DNA of 64,000 bases from a virus (IMGVR_UViG_3300046519_000214:1-64000); one strand, 5' to 3'; positions 27,070 through 37,353 are shown, numbered from the stretch's first letter. Notes: generated from the sequence alone by a model not told the origin. Numbers and translations: made by a program.

Positions 27070-27398
27070 AGCCCCCGTATCGCGACATCAACCTCTGGCG
27101 CGGCAACTCCGAAACGCTGACCTTCCGGCTACGTGATGCATCCGGCGTTGCCTATGATCTGACGGGCGACGTCCTGAAGATGTTTATTGAGAGCGACGAG
27201 GTCGTCACGGAGATAGTTGCCACGGTGACCGACGCCCTCGTTGGCGAGTTCCAGGTCCACATCACCAGCGCCATCACCAAGACCATCACCGCCAAGACCC
27301 ACCAGGCGAACTACGAGATCGTTCGTTTCTTCGAGGCCGAGGAGAAGACGGTCCTCCACGGCAACCTCCTGATGGCGGGAAGCATCAACCATGGCTGA
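27066..27398 (+). CDS. BppU-N-like / fibre adaptor protein
   Basis: LWRGNSETLTF...YDLTG...DALVGEF...YEI. Confidence 0.55.
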   Translation: MKPPYRDINLWRGNSETLTFRLRDASGVAYDLTGDVLKMFIESDEVVTEIVATVTDALVGEFQVHITSAITKTITAKTHQANYEIVRFFEAEEKTVLHGNLLMAGSINHG

Positions 27399-27714
27399 AG
27401 TCATCCTGGTCGAGATCTCGAATGGGCCAAGCCTGATCGAGGTTGTCGAACCAGCGAAGCCTGAAGTCGTCGAGATCGTCCAGAAGGGTGACCGGGGTAC
27501 CCAAGGTATCCAAGGCATTCAGGGGATCCAAGGCATCCAAGGCCTGAAGGGTGACAAGGGTGACAAGGGTGACCAGGGCATCCAAGGCATCCAGGGTCTG
27601 AAGGGTGACAAAGGGGATCAAGGCATCCAGGGCATCCAGGGAATCCAAGGCATCCAGGGTGAACTTGGGCAGCTCCCGGATCTCGTTGCATTGTTTGAGA
27701 ATGGATTGATTTGA
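27391..27714 (+). CDS. collagen-like (Gly-X-Y) virion protein
   Basis: About 20 uninterrupted GIQ/GDK/GDQ triplets; tandem DNA repeats at 27487-27670. Confidence 0.85.
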   Translation: MAEVILVEISNGPSLIEVVEPAKPEVVEIVQKGDRGTQGIQGIQGIQGIQGLKGDKGDKGDQGIQGIQGLKGDKGDQGIQGIQGIQGIQGELGQLPDLVALFENGLI

Positions 27715-29723
27715 TGTTTGCAGCCGATACGATCGTCGCCCTCACAAGCCGCCTCTCTGCTGAGTTCAAGAGTGTCCGCACCGCGATCGAGAATGCGGCT
27801 TCCTACGTCCGGAAAGCGAACAACGGTTCTGACTTCGCAGATCCTGCCGCAGTGCGTACCAATATCGGAGCTCAGGCTGCTCTAACCCTTGTTACTCCCG
27901 CGCTAGCTCAGGCTGGAACAGACACGACACTGACTGGTTGGAGCTCTCTCCGCGTTAGGCAGAACGTCTCGGCCTATGCGGCTCCAACGGTCCACGTCCA
28001 CACGACAGCGGATATCACTGGCCTGGATGCTTACCTTGCGGCCCTCGCCCCTCTTGTCGATGCACACTTGCAAGGGACACCGACCGCGCCGACTGCAGCA
28101 TTGGGCACGAACACCACTCAGATCGCCACGATGGCTGCTGTCAAAGCCGCGGTCGACAACCTTAAGGTTGGTGCTCCCGCTCTCTACGACACCCTGGCAG
28201 AGATCGGCACGTGGCTCGATTCTAACGATACAGAGCTCGCCAACGCGATCTCGTTCAAGCTGGACGCATCGGCATATACCGCGGCCGACGTTCGCGCCAA
28301 GCTACTGACAGTCGATGGTGATAGCAGTGGGCTAGATGCCGATCTCCTGGATGGCCAACACGGAGCCTACTTCCTCAACCTGGTGAACGCGACAGGTAAG
28401 CTGCCCGCCGCCAACTTCGACGACACCGGTCACGGAGCGCGAGGCGGTGGCACCCTTCACGCCACCGCCACCCCAACGGTTCAAGGCTTCATGCTGGATG
28501 CCCCGAACGATGGGCTTGGCTATATGCGTAAGAACGGCGTGTGGTCGCCTAGCACTGGTGGGGCGCACACTGACGACGCTCCACCGGCCGCGCCGCTCCA
28601 GGATGGACAGCTGTGGTGGAAGTCGAGCACGGGCGTCCTGTATGTCTGGTATGACGATGGCAACACCCAGCAGTGGGTTGCGACGTCTGGCAACGCGCAG
28701 ATCGTCGACCAGAACTACGTCCGCAAGACGGCCGAACGGCGCAATCGCGTTGTCAACCCGGCGATGCAGATCAGCCAGGAGAACGGTAATACACAGGTCC
28801 TGACGGCGAACAGCTATCCGGTCGACCAGTTCTTTCTGGCGTGGTCAGGTGCAATGGTACTCGGTGGCCAGCGGGTGCAGACCAAGACGCCAAACGGAAG
28901 CCGCGACCGACTGCAAATCTCGGTTGGCACCATCGACGCTTCGATGACGACAACCGACTATACGGCGCTGTTTACCCGTATTGAAGGCATTGACGTGGCC
29001 GACTTCCTTTGGGGCACCACCAATGCCAAACAGACGATATTGCGTTTCGGCTTCAAAGGACCGGCAGGCACCTATTCCGTGAGCGTTCAAAATGGGGCCG
29101 GGGATCGCTCTTATCTGGCACAATTCACTATTTCGGCGGCACAAGCGGGCACTGACACGGAACAGATTTTGATTGTCCCTGGCGACATCACCGGCACCTG
29201 GTCGGTCGATAATACTAAAGGGGTGCAAATTGTTTGGTGTCTTGCTTGCGGCCCGACTTACACCGGCGCACTTGGCTGGCAGGCCGGAAACTTTATTGCT
29301 GGACCGGGGCAGTTCAATGGTGTGGCGGCAGGCAACACCTTTGATGTCTTTGATGTCGGGCTCTACCTCGACCCTGATAAGACTGGTATCCCGCCGAAGT
29401 GGGAACTACCAGATGAGGCCGCACAACTGGCAAAGTGCCTACGCTACTACTTCATGCTGGCCGCCGAGGGCGTGGTAAACTCCATACAAGTCCGTGGTTA
29501 CGCAGCGGCTGGCACTGGCGTCAGCAACACCATCCCATTACCGCAGCCGATGCGCGTAGCACCAACCATGTCACAGAGTGGCAACACCCTCGTAAATGCA
29601 GCGTCCGTATCAATGAATTGCTCAACGCGTCAATTCATTATCGCGCTCCCGTCAACGGCAACCGGTGACACCTATCTAACTGCCACAACCACCGGCAAAG
29701 TCATAGCAAACGCGAGGATGTAA
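27714..29723 (+). CDS. fibre protein 1
   Basis: GTPTAPTAALGTNTTQIAT, LDADLLDGQHG and DAPNDG..Y.RKNG.W fibre repeats; C-terminal beta-rich domain. Confidence 0.8.
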   Translation: MFAADTIVALTSRLSAEFKSVRTAIENAASYVRKANNGSDFADPAAVRTNIGAQAALTLVTPALAQAGTDTTLTGWSSLRVRQNVSAYAAPTVHVHTTADITGLDAYLAALAPLVDAHLQGTPTAPTAALGTNTTQIATMAAVKAAVDNLKVGAPALYDTLAEIGTWLDSNDTELANAISFKLDASAYTAADVRAKLLTVDGDSSGLDADLLDGQHGAYFLNLVNATGKLPAANFDDTGHGARGGGTLHATATPTVQGFMLDAPNDGLGYMRKNGVWSPSTGGAHTDDAPPAAPLQDGQLWWKSSTGVLYVWYDDGNTQQWVATSGNAQIVDQNYVRKTAERRNRVVNPAMQISQENGNTQVLTANSYPVDQFFLAWSGAMVLGGQRVQTKTPNGSRDRLQISVGTIDASMTTTDYTALFTRIEGIDVADFLWGTTNAKQTILRFGFKGPAGTYSVSVQNGAGDRSYLAQFTISAAQAGTDTEQILIVPGDITGTWSVDNTKGVQIVWCLACGPTYTGALGWQAGNFIAGPGQFNGVAAGNTFDVFDVGLYLDPDKTGIPPKWELPDEAAQLAKCLRYYFMLAAEGVVNSIQVRGYAAAGTGVSNTIPLPQPMRVAPTMSQSGNTLVNAASVSMNCSTRQFIIALPSTATGDTYLTATTTGKVIANARM

Positions 29724-30499
29724 TGGCAATCGACTTTCCTTCCTCACCCATCGTAGGCCAGCAGTTCACCGGGGGCTCAACCAACTACCAGTGGGATGGC
29801 ACCGCGTGGAACATCGTGCCGCAGATAGGGCCGATGTACATCGGAGACACACCACCCTCCAATCCAGCCATCGGGCAGCAATGGTGGCGGTCGAGCAACG
29901 GGCAGCAGTACCTCTGGTATGATGACGGCAACACCAAACAGTGGGTACAGTCGGCCGGTGCAGCAGCGGCGGCGGCATTGGGATCGTGGGAAACGCTGTT
30001 CACCAAAACCTACACTGGCGGGTTGATCGGTGACATCGTCAGGGACTTGGCGCCTTATCGGGAAATCAAATTTACAATCGATGGCCGTGCGGTCGGCGTT
30101 GACACGGTGGTCTTGGCCAATCCAAGCACCGACAACGGCAGCACCTTCATAACGACGGCCGGGGCATTTCCGCTCGACCAGCTTTACAGCATCAGCGGTG
30201 GCGCACCATCCTACAACACCAGCGCCCAAAGCGGGCTGGTTGTGGCCAATCCAGTCCCGGCTAACACTGGGGTAAACAGCGGCTTTGGCGGTGATATGAC
30301 GCTTTATGGCTTCAACACGACACTACCTCTTAAAATGGGGCAGGGCCGGTCAGCTTACATCGACAACTCGTCCAATAGGGTGAACAACTCTTGGGCGACC
30401 TTTGTCAGCAATAGCAACGCTTGGAACGCCCTGAAATTGAGCCAAAGCGGGGGAACTGGTTTCATAGGCTTCATCGCAGTACAGGGGATGCGCGGATGA
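29723..30499 (+). CDS. fibre-associated protein 2
   Basis: MAIDFPSSP..GQ; shares the GQxWWxSS.G.xY.WYDDGNT.QWV module with fibre 1. Confidence 0.7.
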   Translation: MAIDFPSSPIVGQQFTGGSTNYQWDGTAWNIVPQIGPMYIGDTPPSNPAIGQQWWRSSNGQQYLWYDDGNTKQWVQSAGAAAAAALGSWETLFTKTYTGGLIGDIVRDLAPYREIKFTIDGRAVGVDTVVLANPSTDNGSTFITTAGAFPLDQLYSISGGAPSYNTSAQSGLVVANPVPANTGVNSGFGGDMTLYGFNTTLPLKMGQGRSAYIDNSSNRVNNSWATFVSNSNAWNALKLSQSGGTGFIGFIAVQGMRG

Positions 30500-31578
30500 T
30501 CGACTTTCCAACTAACCCCACGGTCGGGCAGGTTTTCAACTCTGGCGTCGGGCCGATCTACACATGGGATGGTATCGCGTGGAGCCTACCACCGGTCAAT
30601 GTAAAGACGGCCGACCGGCGTAATCGCGTCGTCAACCCTGTTATGCAGGTGAGCCAAGAGAACGGCTCCAGCGTCGTCTCAACGGTTGGTGCCTATCCGG
30701 TCGACCAGTGGATGATTACTTCTAGCGGCTTAACGATGCAGGCGGCACAGGCAGCGATAGTATCACCCGCCCGTGCCAAGAACACACTGGTGCAATCTTA
30801 CGGGGTCGCCAAGGCATCACTGGCGGCTACCGATTATGGGCAGATTTACCAACCCCTTGAAGGCCAGCGAGTGCAGGATTTTGCGTGGGGAACGCCGGCA
30901 AAGGCCATACCCGCGGTGCTGCGCTTTTCAGCCTATGCCGATATCGCTGGCACCTATACAGCTTCCGTGACTGATCCAGCAGGCAATGTTTCGTTCCTGT
31001 ACCCTTTCACTCTTGATGCCGTGGGTGTTTGGAAGACCTTCAATATTCCGATCCCCGCGCCGATATCAGGCGGCACATGGGCAACCGATGGCTCGGCTGG
31101 CATGCTGTTGCATTTCTGCACTGCCTGCGGCACCACTTATCAAGGCGTGCAGGGGTGGCAGACCGGCAACAAGGTGGGCCTGGCCAGCCAAGCGAACCTT
31201 GCGTCGGTGATTAATAAGAACCTCGCCATTGCCGATGTCGGGCTCTATGCCGACCCCGACAATACAGGCATCGCGCCACCCTTCGAGGTGACGGAATACG
31301 GCAACGATCTGCGCGATTGCAAACGGTATTTCTTCAACATCAATTCTTGTTTGATCTTCACGTCCTACGCGAGTGCAGGCGGACTGGTAATCACCACACA
31401 CCAATTTGAGCCGATGCGAACGACACCAACTGCTGGCTACACTAGCGTCTCATATGCAAACGCCACCGCCCTAGCAACCAATGCCGTCACAGACCGCTTG
31501 ATCCGGCCGCAGGTCACCGCGACGGCGGCTGGCCAAGCCTATGGCGGCTGCAATATTCTTTTGAACGCGAGGATGTAA
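30496..31578 (+). CDS. fibre-associated protein 3 (paralog of the fibre 1 C-terminal domain)
   Basis: MIDFPTNP..GQ plus KTADRRNRVVNPVMQVSQENG...LNARM. Confidence 0.75.
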   Translation: MIDFPTNPTVGQVFNSGVGPIYTWDGIAWSLPPVNVKTADRRNRVVNPVMQVSQENGSSVVSTVGAYPVDQWMITSSGLTMQAAQAAIVSPARAKNTLVQSYGVAKASLAATDYGQIYQPLEGQRVQDFAWGTPAKAIPAVLRFSAYADIAGTYTASVTDPAGNVSFLYPFTLDAVGVWKTFNIPIPAPISGGTWATDGSAGMLLHFCTACGTTYQGVQGWQTGNKVGLASQANLASVINKNLAIADVGLYADPDNTGIAPPFEVTEYGNDLRDCKRYFFNINSCLIFTSYASAGGLVITTHQFEPMRTTPTAGYTSVSYANATALATNAVTDRLIRPQVTATAAGQAYGGCNILLNARM

Positions 31579-31580
31579 CC

Positions 31581-31991
31581 ATGTCACTCACCAAATTCGT
31601 TTCCGCTAAATGGCAGATGCCAATACCTGGCCAAGAGCCCACTATCAAAGCCGTTGGTGACGACGGGCTCGAATACTTCCTCCCCTCGGTGAATAGCGAC
31701 GTGCCACCGTGGCCGCAGTTTATCGCTGAAGGTGGAGTGATCGACCCGCTGGTCGAACCAGAACCGATCACCACCTATGTGCTGTCGAAGTTGCTGGTTT
31801 GGACGCGCCTGTCTGACGAGGAGGCCGAAACAGCCAGCGCGGCCATGTCGACGCAATCAGCCAAACTACAGGGCATCTGGAACTCGGCCACTGAAGTCCA
31901 AAGTGACAGCGAGTTTTTTGGAAACCTGCAAACTTTCCTGACCGCTGTGCTTGGCGAGGAAAGAGCAACGCAAGTCCTGGCACCGGCCTAA
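31581..31991 (+). CDS. probable fibre assembly chaperone
   Basis: 136 aa directly after the fibre genes. Confidence 0.5.
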   Translation: MSLTKFVSAKWQMPIPGQEPTIKAVGDDGLEYFLPSVNSDVPPWPQFIAEGGVIDPLVEPEPITTYVLSKLLVWTRLSDEEAETASAAMSTQSAKLQGIWNSATEVQSDSEFFGNLQTFLTAVLGEERATQVLAPA

Positions 31992-32094
31992 CGCAGCGTA
32001 ATGAATCACAATTAATCATTGTGCTTCAATGCTTTAATTGAACTTCCTAAACTAAATTTCCATCTGTCAGTGAACCCCACGGGACCACTGACAG

Positions 32095-33204
32095 ATGAAG
32101 CAAATCGCAAAAACACAGGCCATCAAGGATCTACTCACCGCTTCGGCGGGTGACGTCGATGTTGATGGTCTGCGCGTCTACGAAGCGATTGCTTTCAACA
32201 CCCTGCCGATCCGTAAGGAACACCCGCTCTACAAGGGTGCTCGCGCCGATCGCGCCTTCCTCCTCGAGATGGCCGGTGAGCTAAAGCGTGAATCTCGCCC
32301 CGTGCAGATCATGCACAACACCTCGCCGCTCCCAATTGGCCGCGTCTTCCATGGTGAAGTCGTAGACACGGGCGTCGAGTCCGAACTCCGCGTGCTCTTC
32401 TTCCTCGATCCGACCGCCAATGACCAGGCGACCAAGATCGAGGCTGGCAGCGTTGACCAGGTGTCTGTCTCTGTTCTCGCAAAGCAGATGCTTAATTCCA
32501 AGTCGGGTTTTGATTACTTCGGCCCCGACTCCTCGTCCGACAACATCTGGTCCGGAACGGACAACGACGGAAACCAGGTCGGCAAAAACGGCGTCTACGC
32601 CCGCATGGTCGGTCTCGACAAGTTTTTCGAGCTGTCCCTCGTCGGCCAGGGCGGCGCCCAAAATGCACGGATCGTTTCACGCGACCGGTCGCACTTCGGC
32701 CAGTCCCTCGAGCAGCTCGCTGCCTCTGGGATGGATCCGAACTCCCTCGTCCTGCTCGCAACCGCCTCCAAGGAAGATTCTATGGACCTCGCAACTCTCG
32801 TCGCCAACCTGACGACCACGACTGCTGACCTCACGAACGCCAAGCGCGACCTTACGGACGCAACCGGCAAGGTCACCACGCTCGAAGCCACCATCACCGA
32901 ACGTGACGCAACGATCGCTGATCTGAACACCCAGCTGACCGCTGCCAATGCTGTCGACGTCAACGCTGTCACCGCTGACCGCGATGCTGCCGTTGCTGCC
33001 CTCTCGGAAGTCGCCAAGAGCGTCCTGACGAAGGTTGGCAAGCTCAACGTCGAACTGCCGAAGACGGTCACCGAGCTGTCCGCCCTGATCAACGAGCACT
33101 CCGCTGTTCTCGTGATCCAGGCAGGTGGCAAGGCCAGCGACAAGCCGACCGACCTGGCGAACCAGCCGTCCCGCAACGCCGCTGCTTTCCGCTCGGCCCG
33201 CTAA
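32095..33204 (+). CDS. prohead protease / scaffold fusion
   Basis: IMH...LPIGRVF, QVSVSV, FELSLVGQGG..NA; coiled-coil C-terminus with an internal RBS and ATG at 32782. Confidence 0.75.
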   Translation: MKQIAKTQAIKDLLTASAGDVDVDGLRVYEAIAFNTLPIRKEHPLYKGARADRAFLLEMAGELKRESRPVQIMHNTSPLPIGRVFHGEVVDTGVESELRVLFFLDPTANDQATKIEAGSVDQVSVSVLAKQMLNSKSGFDYFGPDSSSDNIWSGTDNDGNQVGKNGVYARMVGLDKFFELSLVGQGGAQNARIVSRDRSHFGQSLEQLAASGMDPNSLVLLATASKEDSMDLATLVANLTTTTADLTNAKRDLTDATGKVTTLEATITERDATIADLNTQLTAANAVDVNAVTADRDAAVAALSEVAKSVLTKVGKLNVELPKTVTELSALINEHSAVLVIQAGGKASDKPTDLANQPSRNAAAFRSAR

Positions 33205-33229
33205 TCACCCACCACGGAGATAAACTACC

Positions 33230-33628
33230 ATGGCATCCTTCCACACCAAAGTCAGTCTTCGTGGTTTCCACTTCGAAGACTTCATCCTGACCTTCACGCT
33301 CGCAGCAGGCATCGTCGCTGCTGACGTAGGCAAGGCAGTGTCGCTCGACACGTCCGCGCCGAACAAGGTCAAGCTCGCCGCTGATGGCGACGTGATCGTT
33401 GGCCGTCTGTCGACTGTCGAAGATCGCAAGGTCGAAGGTCAGCTCGTCGGCGCCGTCGCTCTGAAGTTCGCAAACCTGCTTCCGATCAAGAACGGCGATG
33501 CAGCCGCAGTTGGCGACACGGTCATCGGCGGCGGTAGCGGCACAGTCAAGAAGGCCGCTGCGAACGACGCCACCAAGAACTTCGTCGCGGAAATCATCGG
33601 GACCGACGCCGTCGTCGTCCTGGTCTAA
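33230..33628 (+). CDS. head decoration protein
   Basis: 132-aa beta-rich protein between the protease and the major capsid gene. Confidence 0.65.
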   Translation: MASFHTKVSLRGFHFEDFILTFTLAAGIVAADVGKAVSLDTSAPNKVKLAADGDVIVGRLSTVEDRKVEGQLVGAVALKFANLLPIKNGDAAAVGDTVIGGGSGTVKKAAANDATKNFVAEIIGTDAVVVLV

Positions 33629-33667
33629 CGCGCCGCGCCGCCCCAAACTCAACGGAGAATTTTTGAA

Positions 33668-34855
33668 ATGACCGAATCCCTTACTCGAGTTCAGCGTCGT
33701 GGCGTAGAAACCCTTCGCGTACTCCTGGTGGAAGACGAGGCGGCATCGAAGAGCGAAGCTGCGAAGCTCATTCGCGAAGCTAAGAACTTCGGCCTCAATC
33801 TGCGTGACTTCCTGACACTGGCGATCGACGCCTCGCAGTCCGAGCACTCCGAACGTTACCAGGACGCCAACGGCTTCCTGAATGGCTACGAAGCCTCCCT
33901 GGCCTTCCTGAACCTCCCGGTTCGTGATGACTTCGCCCAGGGCGTTGTCCTCGACGCCGCGTCCGACACCTTCCAGACCTACGCCGGTACCCGTGCGCTG
34001 TTCCCGGAAGTTGTCGACGACATGGTCCGCTGGAAGTACCGCCAGAGCCAGCTCGAGAGCGTTCAGCCGTTGATCTCCCAGTCGCGTTCCATTTCGGGCA
34101 ACGAAATGATTTCGACGGTGATCGATGACAAGCAGGACGACTACCAGACGACTCGTGCGGTTGCAGAACTTGGTCGCGTACCGGTTCGCACGATCCGGTC
34201 CAGCCAGACCTCGGTCCAGATCTTCAAGCACGGTGGTGGTCTGCGTTATTCGTACGAGTTTGGCCGTCGAGCCCGCCTCGATCTGATGACGCCATACTTC
34301 GTCCGCATGCTGCGCGAAGCTGAGATGTCCAAGGTTTCGGCCGCGGTATCTCTGCTCGTGAACGGTGACGGCGTGAATGCCGCTGCTCCAGTCGTCACGC
34401 AGTCCAGCCTCGACGCTGGTGCAACCGCTGGCAAGATCAGCCGCCGTGCCCTCGTCAAGTGGATGATCAACCGCGCCAAGGCTGGCACCCCGATCGACAC
34501 GGTTGTCGGTAACTGGGACGCCTACCTGGAATGGCTCGAGCTGTTCGTCATGCCGAACGCTGCCCTCCAGGGCAAGACTGAGGTTGAGATCGCTCAGGCT
34601 CAGGGCTTCCAGCTCGGCGGCATCCCGCTTCTGCAGGGCGTTGCCAACTTCGCGATCGCCAGCGATGCCCCGGTCGGCAAGCTCATTGGTCTCTCCAAGG
34701 GTGACACCATGGAAGAGCTGATCGAAGCCGGCTCGGATATCGAGGAGTCCGAACGCTCCATCACCAACCAGTCGGTCACGGTCACCAAGACCACAAACGC
34801 TGGTTACAAGATGAACTTCGGAGACACCCGCTCGATCTTCGACTTCTCGGCTTAA
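33668..34855 (+). CDS. major capsid protein
   Basis: 395 aa, position, AVAELG.VP...K.G...SYE (HK97-fold-like), followed by a terminator. Confidence 0.8.
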   Translation: MTESLTRVQRRGVETLRVLLVEDEAASKSEAAKLIREAKNFGLNLRDFLTLAIDASQSEHSERYQDANGFLNGYEASLAFLNLPVRDDFAQGVVLDAASDTFQTYAGTRALFPEVVDDMVRWKYRQSQLESVQPLISQSRSISGNEMISTVIDDKQDDYQTTRAVAELGRVPVRTIRSSQTSVQIFKHGGGLRYSYEFGRRARLDLMTPYFVRMLREAEMSKVSAAVSLLVNGDGVNAAAPVVTQSSLDAGATAGKISRRALVKWMINRAKAGTPIDTVVGNWDAYLEWLELFVMPNAALQGKTEVEIAQAQGFQLGGIPLLQGVANFAIASDAPVGKLIGLSKGDTMEELIEAGSDIEESERSITNQSVTVTKTTNAGYKMNFGDTRSIFDFSA

Positions 34856-34875
34856 TCACCGAGAAGCACCCAACC

Positions 34876-34912
34876 GGCCCGTCGTTCAAACCCTGGACGA
34901 CGGGCTTTCTAT
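34876..34912 (+). terminator. intrinsic terminator after the major capsid gene
   Basis: GCCCGTCGTTCA-AACCC-TGGACGACGGGC-TTTCTATT. Confidence 0.7.
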
Positions 34913-34925
34913 TAGGAGAACCCCC

Positions 34926-35213
34926 GTGAAAATTCTTGCTGAGACCACTGGTGACTTCATGCTGGCGGATATGTCCACTGGGCATGACATCCAGGCTCAC
35001 CGTCCCTCTGTTGTAGCCCGCTCTGGCTTCATCGACTCCCGTATCGCTCTCGGCCAGGTGACTAAGGTTGCTGATGTTCCGGACGAAGCCACCGACGAAG
35101 AGTTCCTGGCCTTCTGGATCGACTCTGGAGACCGCGATCTCGCGATCGCATCCTTCCTCTCGAAGTTCGACGAGAACGCACCTGCGGCTCCGAAGGTACG
35201 GAAGGTTAAGTAA
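34926..35213 (+). CDS. hypothetical virion-module protein
   Basis: AGGAG RBS with GTG start. Confidence 0.65.
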   Translation: MKILAETTGDFMLADMSTGHDIQAHRPSVVARSGFIDSRIALGQVTKVADVPDEATDEEFLAFWIDSGDRDLAIASFLSKFDENAPAAPKVRKVK

Positions 35214-35932
35214 TGGACATCATCGGGGGCACACCGTCTGCATTGACCATCCCATTCATGGTTGGCGACCGGCCGGTTGCCCCTGATCTCGGGTCCGTAA
35301 CATACACCGTCCGCAACCAGGCGGGCGCCGCTATGCCAGGGCTGGAGGACATTCCTTATGTCACCACCTCCGCGACCTATCAGATGACGGTCCTCGTTCC
35401 GTCGTCGGCCCACCAGATCGACCCGACGCGCAGCTTTGAGCGCCGCACAGTCGTCGTCAAATTCACCGTCCAGGGTCAGGAAGTCCAGCTCAATCGCGCT
35501 TACCGCGTTGTGCCGGAACCCGTCCACACCACAACTGGTCAACAAGTCCGCGCCTTCATCGGTATCGAGGAGCACGAGCTCCCGGACTCTGACATCGATA
35601 TCTTCTCCGCGTTCCTCACGGTCGAGCGTGAAATCGGCGCCGACGAGCTCGCAGCAGCACTCGTTTCGGGCACCACGGCCGAGCTCGCCGCTAACACCCT
35701 GATCTGCATGCGAGCTGTTCTCGATGTGCTGCCATCCGCCAAGCAGCGGATGGCTCAGTCCGAGAAGAACGGCGTCAAGGAATTCAGCCGCGTGGATCTG
35801 AAGGAGCTCGACAAGCTGAAGATCGAAGCCGAGAAGCGCTACCAGGAAGCCATCGACCAGGTCGTGACCAAGAACGAAGTCACGCCGTCGTTCTTCCTGG
35901 TCACCTCGAACACTGACGCAATCACGGGGTGA
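35213..35932 (+). CDS. probable head-tail adaptor
   Basis: Position; VRAFIGI...ELPDSDI. Confidence 0.55.
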   Translation: MDIIGGTPSALTIPFMVGDRPVAPDLGSVTYTVRNQAGAAMPGLEDIPYVTTSATYQMTVLVPSSAHQIDPTRSFERRTVVVKFTVQGQEVQLNRAYRVVPEPVHTTTGQQVRAFIGIEEHELPDSDIDIFSAFLTVEREIGADELAAALVSGTTAELAANTLICMRAVLDVLPSAKQRMAQSEKNGVKEFSRVDLKELDKLKIEAEKRYQEAIDQVVTKNEVTPSFFLVTSNTDAITG

Positions 35933-35935
35933 TGA

Positions 35936-36481
35936 ATGGTTAGCCTGAAAACCGCCGGCCTTCGTTTCGACAGCCTGATGTATCGTGACGACGGACTGCC
36001 ATTCAAAGGCACCGTCGAGCAGGATCTCGAGGGCAAGCTGATCGGCTACGATTTCAGCTTCCCCCGTCGTCTCCTCCGCGTTTCTCCGGACTGCCTGGTC
36101 CAGACCCTCGACGTGATCATCGACGGCCTCGAGCGCCGTTACCTGGTGGCCGACCACGATGGCTCCTTCGCCTACAACGTCGCTGAGTACCGATCGCACA
36201 TGCTGATCCCACTCACCGAGCAGGTGGCCTGGGAGCGCGAGACGCAAGTCATCGACCCGCTGACAAAGCGGCCGAAGTCCGCCGGCCGACAGCCGCTTGG
36301 TGATATCTGGATCCTGCCTGAACGTGTGAACCGTGAGCAGGCCGATGGCACCATGCGTGTGAAGGAGCAATCCTTCACCGTCTTCACCGCGGCAAAGCTC
36401 GAGCTCAACGACATCGTCAGGGGCATGACGGTCAAGCGTATCGATGTCGTCCGTGGTGTCTATCTCGCGGAGATCCAGTAG
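35936..36481 (+). CDS. probable head closure protein
   Basis: Position; beta-rich. Confidence 0.5.
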   Translation: MVSLKTAGLRFDSLMYRDDGLPFKGTVEQDLEGKLIGYDFSFPRRLLRVSPDCLVQTLDVIIDGLERRYLVADHDGSFAYNVAEYRSHMLIPLTEQVAWERETQVIDPLTKRPKSAGRQPLGDIWILPERVNREQADGTMRVKEQSFTVFTAAKLELNDIVRGMTVKRIDVVRGVYLAEIQ

Positions 36482-37341
36482 TGCCCGTCAAGGTCACCTT
36501 CAAGGTCGGGAACCGCAAGGTCAGCAACGCTGAGATGTCTGAAGGCATCGACCAGTTCATCCAGGCGGTAGGCGTGAAGACCGTGGACCAAGCCGCAACT
36601 GTCGACCGCGTCCAGGTCCAGGCGTTGCGGGCAAAGCTGACCGGCCGTGTGGAGCGCTCGCTCGAGGCCGCAGTTAATTTCGCAGCTAACACCATGGTTG
36701 GTACGAAATCGAATGTGGCCATGAAGGGTAGGGGTGCAGAGACGGCAATCCATTTCGATTGGTCGGAGCCATACAATCCGATTGTCAATGCCAGTAAGGC
36801 CCAGATCGAAAGCCTCAAGACTGGCGACGTCATCTATTGGGAAGCGCTGAGCCGCAAGACCATTATGAAGAAGTCGAACACCCAGGCAAACGGAGCTGTC
36901 GCCGGCCGAGGTGACTCTCCTCGCGAGCGAGCGCGGCAATACTTCGTCCACACCGGTGCTCTGCAGGCTGAGCTGCGCCAGCTCGCCAAGACCATCACGA
37001 CCAAGACCGGCACGGTCACAGTGGGTTACATGAAGGGCAACGCGAAGAACTTCCGCTCGTCGAAGGATCTTCCGAAGCGCATCAAGGTCGGCAAGATCCA
37101 GATTGCCTTCTTGCCGAAGGCCAACCTCAAGAACCTACCTGGTGCCCATACCGCTGAAGTCTCGAACTGGGATCCGAATGTTCTGTTCGAACGGAGCCTC
37201 GGGATCTCCAAGCCGTCACTTCGAAAGCTACGTGGTGTAGACGGACATCATCGTCCGCTCCTCCAGCCGATCTTCACCTTCTGGGCGCTGAACCGCATAC
37301 CGCGGATTGTTGCGACCACGATCCAGAACAGCCTCAAGTAA
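36481..37341 (+). CDS. probable tail completion/neck protein
   Basis: Basic; HTGAL and HRPLLQP motifs reminiscent of HK97 gp10-like proteins. Confidence 0.45.
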   Translation: MPVKVTFKVGNRKVSNAEMSEGIDQFIQAVGVKTVDQAATVDRVQVQALRAKLTGRVERSLEAAVNFAANTMVGTKSNVAMKGRGAETAIHFDWSEPYNPIVNASKAQIESLKTGDVIYWEALSRKTIMKKSNTQANGAVAGRGDSPRERARQYFVHTGALQAELRQLAKTITTKTGTVTVGYMKGNAKNFRSSKDLPKRIKVGKIQIAFLPKANLKNLPGAHTAEVSNWDPNVLFERSLGISKPSLRKLRGVDGHHRPLLQPIFTFWALNRIPRIVATTIQNSLK

Positions 37342-37353
37342 GGGTTTGCTAAT

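Noticed and set aside
27487-27670. Tandem DNA repeats that could suggest a CRISPR array or VNTR
   Set aside because: They are in-frame Gly-X-Y collagen codons with no repeat-spacer structure and no cas genes
28720-31578. Paired similar regions in the fibre genes as a DGR template/variable repeat or an invertible shufflon
   Set aside because: Differences are not adenine-specific, both copies are coding and in the same orientation, and no reverse transcriptase or invertase is present in the window
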